From Desulfurella sp. (lineage in GTDB: Bacteria; Campylobacterota_A; Desulfurellia; Desulfurellales; Desulfurellaceae): a DNA stretch of 19,612 nt. A program made the position numbers and the translations under genes. Position 1 is the stretch's first letter; every line of letters starts with the position of its first letter. The stretch covers positions 1 to 19,612 of the forward strand of contig JAVRLY010000023.1 of NCBI GenBank assembly GCA_031960885.1. Reading direction: 5' to 3'. Below are positions 15,804 to 19,612 of the stretch, in pieces. The notes beneath the pieces were generated by a model. The model saw only the letters and a list, made by a program, of their open reading frames with translations. It was not told where the DNA came from and did not search any database.

Positions 15804-16249
15804 AAAGAATTATTGCAGCTATTGTATTTATGAATATAGCAATCCCACATTCATGGGCTTTTAGTGTATCTAGAGACCCATTTTTACCCCTTGTTAAAAC
15901 GCAATCTATGAATTCAAGTCAATCTGCACTTTCTAGTCAGTCAGCTTCTTCTACAAATCAAGAATCAAATTTTACGCTCCAAATGGTTATGTGGGGTGAT
16001 TTAAAGGGCGCTTTACTTAAAAGTGACAGTGGCATGGTTTACGTTGTAAAAGAAGGCACTAAAATAGGGCCAACACAAATTTTAAGAATAATGCCAAATA
16101 AAGTTATTATGAAAACGCCAAACGGCATTAAAGAGCTTTCTTTAAAAAGCCAAAACAATGTTGTTGTGCCGCAAATTAATTCAAATAAGCCAAACCAAAG
16201 CATTCAAAATATACAAAACAAAACTCTTACCAATGAGGTGAAACCATGA
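15800..16249 (+). CDS. pilP: PilP-like pilus assembly protein
   Basis: Signal peptide, RDPF motif, S/Q-rich linker and beta-domain ALL..G.VYVVKEG.KIG; lies between pilO and pilQ. Confidence 0.8.
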   Translation: MKRIIAAIVFMNIAIPHSWAFSVSRDPFLPLVKTQSMNSSQSALSSQSASSTNQESNFTLQMVMWGDLKGALLKSDSGMVYVVKEGTKIGPTQILRIMPNKVIMKTPNGIKELSLKSQNNVVVPQINSNKPNQSIQNIQNKTLTNEVKP

Positions 16250-18390
16250 AAAAATATTTTTTGAGTATCATTTTATTTTTAATTGCTATAAATTATTCTT
16301 ATGCAATTCAAAAGGCAACAACTATTGAATCACTCAAATTTGAAAATAATCAATGCATTATTAAAGGCAACGGCTACATGTATTACAAAACGTTTACGCT
16401 AGATAGGGATAATAGTAAATATTTGGTCGTAGATATACTTGGTATCAAATCCTATAATCAAAATATACCGTCTTTGATACTTGCTAAAGACTCTAATGCT
16501 GTAAGTTTAATAAGACTAGCGCTACATAAAGACAAAAATATTGGCTTGAGAGTTGTTTTTAATATAAAAGATAGCGCGCAATACCAAATTGACAGAAATA
16601 GCAATACAATCACTGTGGCTTTTAATCAGGCCCCATCTAATCAATCAGTAATTGAAACTCCACATCCTATATCTAAAGAGCCTGTTAAAACAACTCAAAT
16701 CCAGACAACGCAAAATTCTTCAACAAATAATGCTTTAATAGCTCAAAATGAATTAAATACAATAGAGTCAATTTCAGCGTCTGCACTTAAAGATAAAACT
16801 CAAATTAACATAATAACTACTAAAAAGCCCCTCTACGAGGTGAAATACGAAAATGGTAACATTTTAGTTACCGTAAAAAGTGTTGGACCATCAAAGCCAG
16901 TTATTTCAAATACATCAAAGCTGGTTGAAAATATTGAGACTAGTATTGAAAAAGACAATTACAATATAAAGTTATTTACAAACGATGCACACGTTGATGC
17001 AATATCAAGTGCAGATAAGTCTATATTTATTGTTTTGTCGCCAAAACAGACAGTTGAAGACTTAAATATTGTATCAAAAGAAGAAAAAACAAGTTTTACG
17101 GGTAAGAAAATTTCTTTTGATGTGCGTGATGCTGATTTACAGGATGTTTTAAGAGTAATTGCAGCCGCTGCGCACTTAAATGTTATGATAGGTGATTCAG
17201 TAAAAGGAAAAATAACTATGCGTCTTATGGATATACCATGGGATGAGGCATTAGATTTAATCGCCAAGCAGTATGGCTTGGTTGTGCAAAAACAAGGAAA
17301 TGTTTTGTTAATAAACTCAGCTTCTGAGGCAGCAAAGCTTACAAAAGAGCAATTAGAGGCTATTGCTATGCAACAAAATTTAGAGAGAAAAAATGATGCA
17401 GTAGCCAAAATAATCAAACTTAACTATATAGACCCAGATTACGCTAAAAATATCATAGACTCATTGGTATATAATAAGCAAAAAGAAAGTATAGGTTTTG
17501 TAGTAGCTGATAAAGTAAATAATTCCATTATTTGCTACGACACAAAGGATAATATTAGGAAAATTGAAAATATAGTAAAAGCAATAGATGTAAGAAAACG
17601 TGAGATTGAAATTAGTGCAAAAATTGTTTTGATAAACAAAAATTACGAAAAAGACTTAGGTATTCAATGGGGGGGCAATTACGCACAAAAAACATTTGGT
17701 CAAAATTCATATTTGGCCATAGGCGGAGCTAATTTGCCACTTTCTGTAAATGCACCCACTACATCAACATCTGGTGTAAATGCAGGTGGTTTTGCTGTAA
17801 ATAATGCATTTGCCAATAGTAATTATGTTGTAAATACGCCAGCTGCAAACACATTTGGCAATCTCTCATTGATGGTAGGCAATGTTGTAGCAAATTATAA
17901 TTTAGACTTAAAACTGTCGCTAGCAGAAATGAACAATTATTCAAAAACTCTATCTTCGCCAAAGATTATTACGCTTGACAACGAAGAAGCTACAGTGGCT
18001 AGTGGTCAAGAAATACCATACACAACAATAACAACTACAGGTACTCAAAGCACAAGTTTTAAAGATGCAGTTTTATCTTTGAAAGTAACTCCACATATTA
18101 CGAATAACGGCGACATTATAATGAAGCTAGAGATTAAAAAAGATGCACCAGGTGGTGCTGCGCCAAATGGTGAGTTGATAATAAATAAAAATAATATTAC
18201 CTCTACTGTAATTGTTCAAAATGGGCATACTATTGCAATTGGAGGTGTTTATCAGACTACTACTACGAAGAATGAAAGCGGCATACCATTTTTAATGAAT
18301 ATACCACTTTTGGGGTGGTTGTTTAAATCACAGCAGATTCAAAAACCAGAATCGGAATTGTATATTTTTATAACACCAAAGATACTATGA
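16246..18390 (+). CDS. pilQ: Type IV pilus secretin PilQ
   Basis: Signal peptide, AMIN-like N-terminal region, [72 protein letters not shown]. Confidence 0.96.
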   Translation: MKKYFLSIILFLIAINYSYAIQKATTIESLKFENNQCIIKGNGYMYYKTFTLDRDNSKYLVVDILGIKSYNQNIPSLILAKDSNAVSLIRLALHKDKNIGLRVVFNIKDSAQYQIDRNSNTITVAFNQAPSNQSVIETPHPISKEPVKTTQIQTTQNSSTNNALIAQNELNTIESISASALKDKTQINIITTKKPLYEVKYENGNILVTVKSVGPSKPVISNTSKLVENIETSIEKDNYNIKLFTNDAHVDAISSADKSIFIVLSPKQTVEDLNIVSKEEKTSFTGKKISFDVRDADLQDVLRVIAAAAHLNVMIGDSVKGKITMRLMDIPWDEALDLIAKQYGLVVQKQGNVLLINSASEAAKLTKEQLEAIAMQQNLERKNDAVAKIIKLNYIDPDYAKNIIDSLVYNKQKESIGFVVADKVNNSIICYDTKDNIRKIENIVKAIDVRKREIEISAKIVLINKNYEKDLGIQWGGNYAQKTFGQNSYLAIGGANLPLSVNAPTTSTSGVNAGGFAVNNAFANSNYVVNTPAANTFGNLSLMVGNVVANYNLDLKLSLAEMNNYSKTLSSPKIITLDNEEATVASGQEIPYTTITTTGTQSTSFKDAVLSLKVTPHITNNGDIIMKLEIKKDAPGGAAPNGELIINKNNITSTVIVQNGHTIAIGGVYQTTTTKNESGIPFLMNIPLLGWLFKSQQIQKPESELYIFITPKIL

Positions 18391-18830
18391 GTCAAATAAT
18401 AAACCGCAAAGCACGCCACGACTATGAGATTTTAGAAACCTATGAGGTTGGCATTGTACTTTTTGGTAGTGAGGTTAAGTCTATCAAAATGGGCAATGCC
18501 AACCTAAAAGATTCTTATGCAGACATAGAAAAAGGTGAAATCTGGTTATATAATTTCTATATTAGTCCTTATAAGTTTGCAAGCGAAAAATTCAATCATG
18601 AACCGCTAAGACCAAAGAAGCTGCTTTTACATAAGAAAGAAATTGCAAAGCTAATAGGAAAAACAAAAGAAAAAGGTTTTACATTAATCCCCCTTAGGGT
18701 TTTTACGAAAAGTGGCCTTATTAAAGTTGAACTATCATTAGCAAAAGGCAAAAAGCTGTATGACAAAAGGCAGTCTTTAAAAGAAAGAGAATTAAATCTT
18801 GAAAAAGAAAGAGCACTTAAAAGTGTATGA
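18387..18830 (+). CDS. smpB: SsrA-binding protein
   Basis: [42 protein letters not shown]. Confidence 0.98.
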   Translation: MSQIINRKARHDYEILETYEVGIVLFGSEVKSIKMGNANLKDSYADIEKGEIWLYNFYISPYKFASEKFNHEPLRPKKLLLHKKEIAKLIGKTKEKGFTLIPLRVFTKSGLIKVELSLAKGKKLYDKRQSLKERELNLEKERALKSV

Positions 18831-18845
18831 CTTTAAATTATACAG

Positions 18846-18873
18846 TTGATAATAAATTTTAAATGTGTAAAAT
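18846..18873 (+). promoter_or_regulatory. Putative promoter for the lipoprotein gene
   Basis: TTGATA (18846-18851), 16-nt spacer, TAAAAT (18868-18873). The AT-rich context lowers specificity. Confidence 0.4.
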
Positions 18874-18903
18874 AGTAATCCAATGATCAAGATGGAGGTT
18901 TGT

Positions 18904-19158
18904 ATGACAAAATATGGGCAAGTTAATTTTAAAAAATCTGTATTAAAAGGTATAATAATAATTTTTTGTGTGGCTTTCTTAAGTAGTTGTTCTACAATGA
19001 CACCTACACAGCAACGTGTATTAAGTGGTGCGGGTATTGGAGCTGTAGGTGGCGCAATTGTAGGTGGACTAACAGCGGGAAGTCCAGCAACAGGTGCTGC
19101 TGTGGGTGCTGCAGTAGGCGCTGGACTTGGGGCAGCAGCAGGTGCGCTTACAAAGTAA
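18904..19158 (+). CDS. Small glycine-zipper lipoprotein (YMGG/OsmB-like)
   Basis: SD GGAGG at 18894-18898 before ATG 18904; lipobox FLSSC; GxxxG repeats GAGIGAVGGAIVGG...GAAVGAAVGAGLGAAAG. Confidence 0.85.
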   Translation: MTKYGQVNFKKSVLKGIIIIFCVAFLSSCSTMTPTQQRVLSGAGIGAVGGAIVGGLTAGSPATGAAVGAAVGAGLGAAAGALTK

Positions 19159-19170
19159 TTTTTTTACAAA

Positions 19171-19187
19171 GCCAATTATTTTTTGGC
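19171..19187. terminator. Possible weak hairpin terminator after the lipoprotein gene
   Basis: GCCAA-TTATTTT-TTGGC, a 5-bp stem 12 nt after the stop; poor U-tract. Confidence 0.3.
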
Positions 19188-19612
19188 AATTTCTATGATT
19201 TCTTATAGGCAATACTGAATTCTATTAAAATTTTTATTGACTAGACTAAAATCAAGTTTATCGAATATGGGAGGTACCATAAACTGACTTTTTAAGCTTG
19301 AAAGAATAAAAAGCCGAAGTTTTAGAAATTACGACTTTAAGCATTTTAATCGATTATAAGTTTTGTTATGCTCAAAAAAATTTTTATATTCTTAGGTAAA
19401 TTTGCAAAACTCTTCCTATTTTGTATAGATATTTCGTAAAAATTTTTCCAAAGGCGTTTTGTATAATACCCTGAAATCTACTTAGATTTTTTAAAACTTT
19501 ATATTTGAAATTTGCTAAGATTTGATAAAAGTCCTTTTCGTTCTTAAATCTGGGTTGTTATTCATAAACATTTTTTGAAAGTTGACAACCAATACTATGC
19601 AAATGCTGGGAT

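Noticed and set aside
17669..17675. G7 run in pilQ as a phase-variation tract
   Set aside because: Short, in frame, and encodes the conserved secretin W-G-G motif.
573..17962. Numerous short antisense ORFs in the track (e.g. 573-914, 2875-3096, 6027-6416, 9357-9593, 14610-14867, 16959-17417)
   Set aside because: All lie opposite well-supported genes, have Ser/Phe/Ile-rich shadow composition and show no recognisable motifs.
18987..19208. 73-aa Cys/Trp/Arg-rich ORF resembling a RiPP or metallothionein
   Set aside because: Alternate-frame reading of the Gly/Ala codons of the glycine-zipper gene (GGT GCT gives TGC/TGG); no SD and no modification enzymes nearby.
19159..19612. tmRNA, tRNA, CRISPR repeat or fluoride riboswitch after smpB
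   Set aside because: No GC-rich acceptor stem or CCA end, no direct repeats, and the hairpin at 19266-19281 lacks the conserved fluoride riboswitch loop and pseudoknot.

Overview
AT-rich bacterial chromosomal window made mostly of core and metal-homeostasis genes. Gene content and base composition suggest a Desulfurellales/Campylobacterota-like or related anaerobe; this is inference only. From left to right: (1) a minus-strand ferrous-iron uptake operon with an unusual order: feoC-like Cys-rich wHTH gene, DtxR/MntR-FeoA fusion, feoA, feoB (feoB runs off the left edge and is absent from the ORF track); (2) a divergent molybdate operon (TOBE/Mop protein, modB, modC; no modA) with a ModE-like box over its promoter; (3) a tightly packed minus-strand run: small hypothetical, LonC-like protease, aroC, aroK, dnaE, LutB-CCG Fe-S fusion, cobO; (4) a divergent type IV pilus operon pilMNOPQ coupled directly to smpB; (5) a glycine-zipper lipoprotein and about 450 bp of unexplained AT-rich sequence. 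I saw no rRNA, tRNA, tmRNA, CRISPR array, intein or intact mobile element. The best candidate for novel biology is the feo regulatory module. Its DtxR-family protein has lost several canonical metal ligands, its FeoA domain has its own internal in-frame SD and ATG, a coupled 4-Cys FeoC-like gene sits upstream, and two overlapping palindromes cover the promoter.
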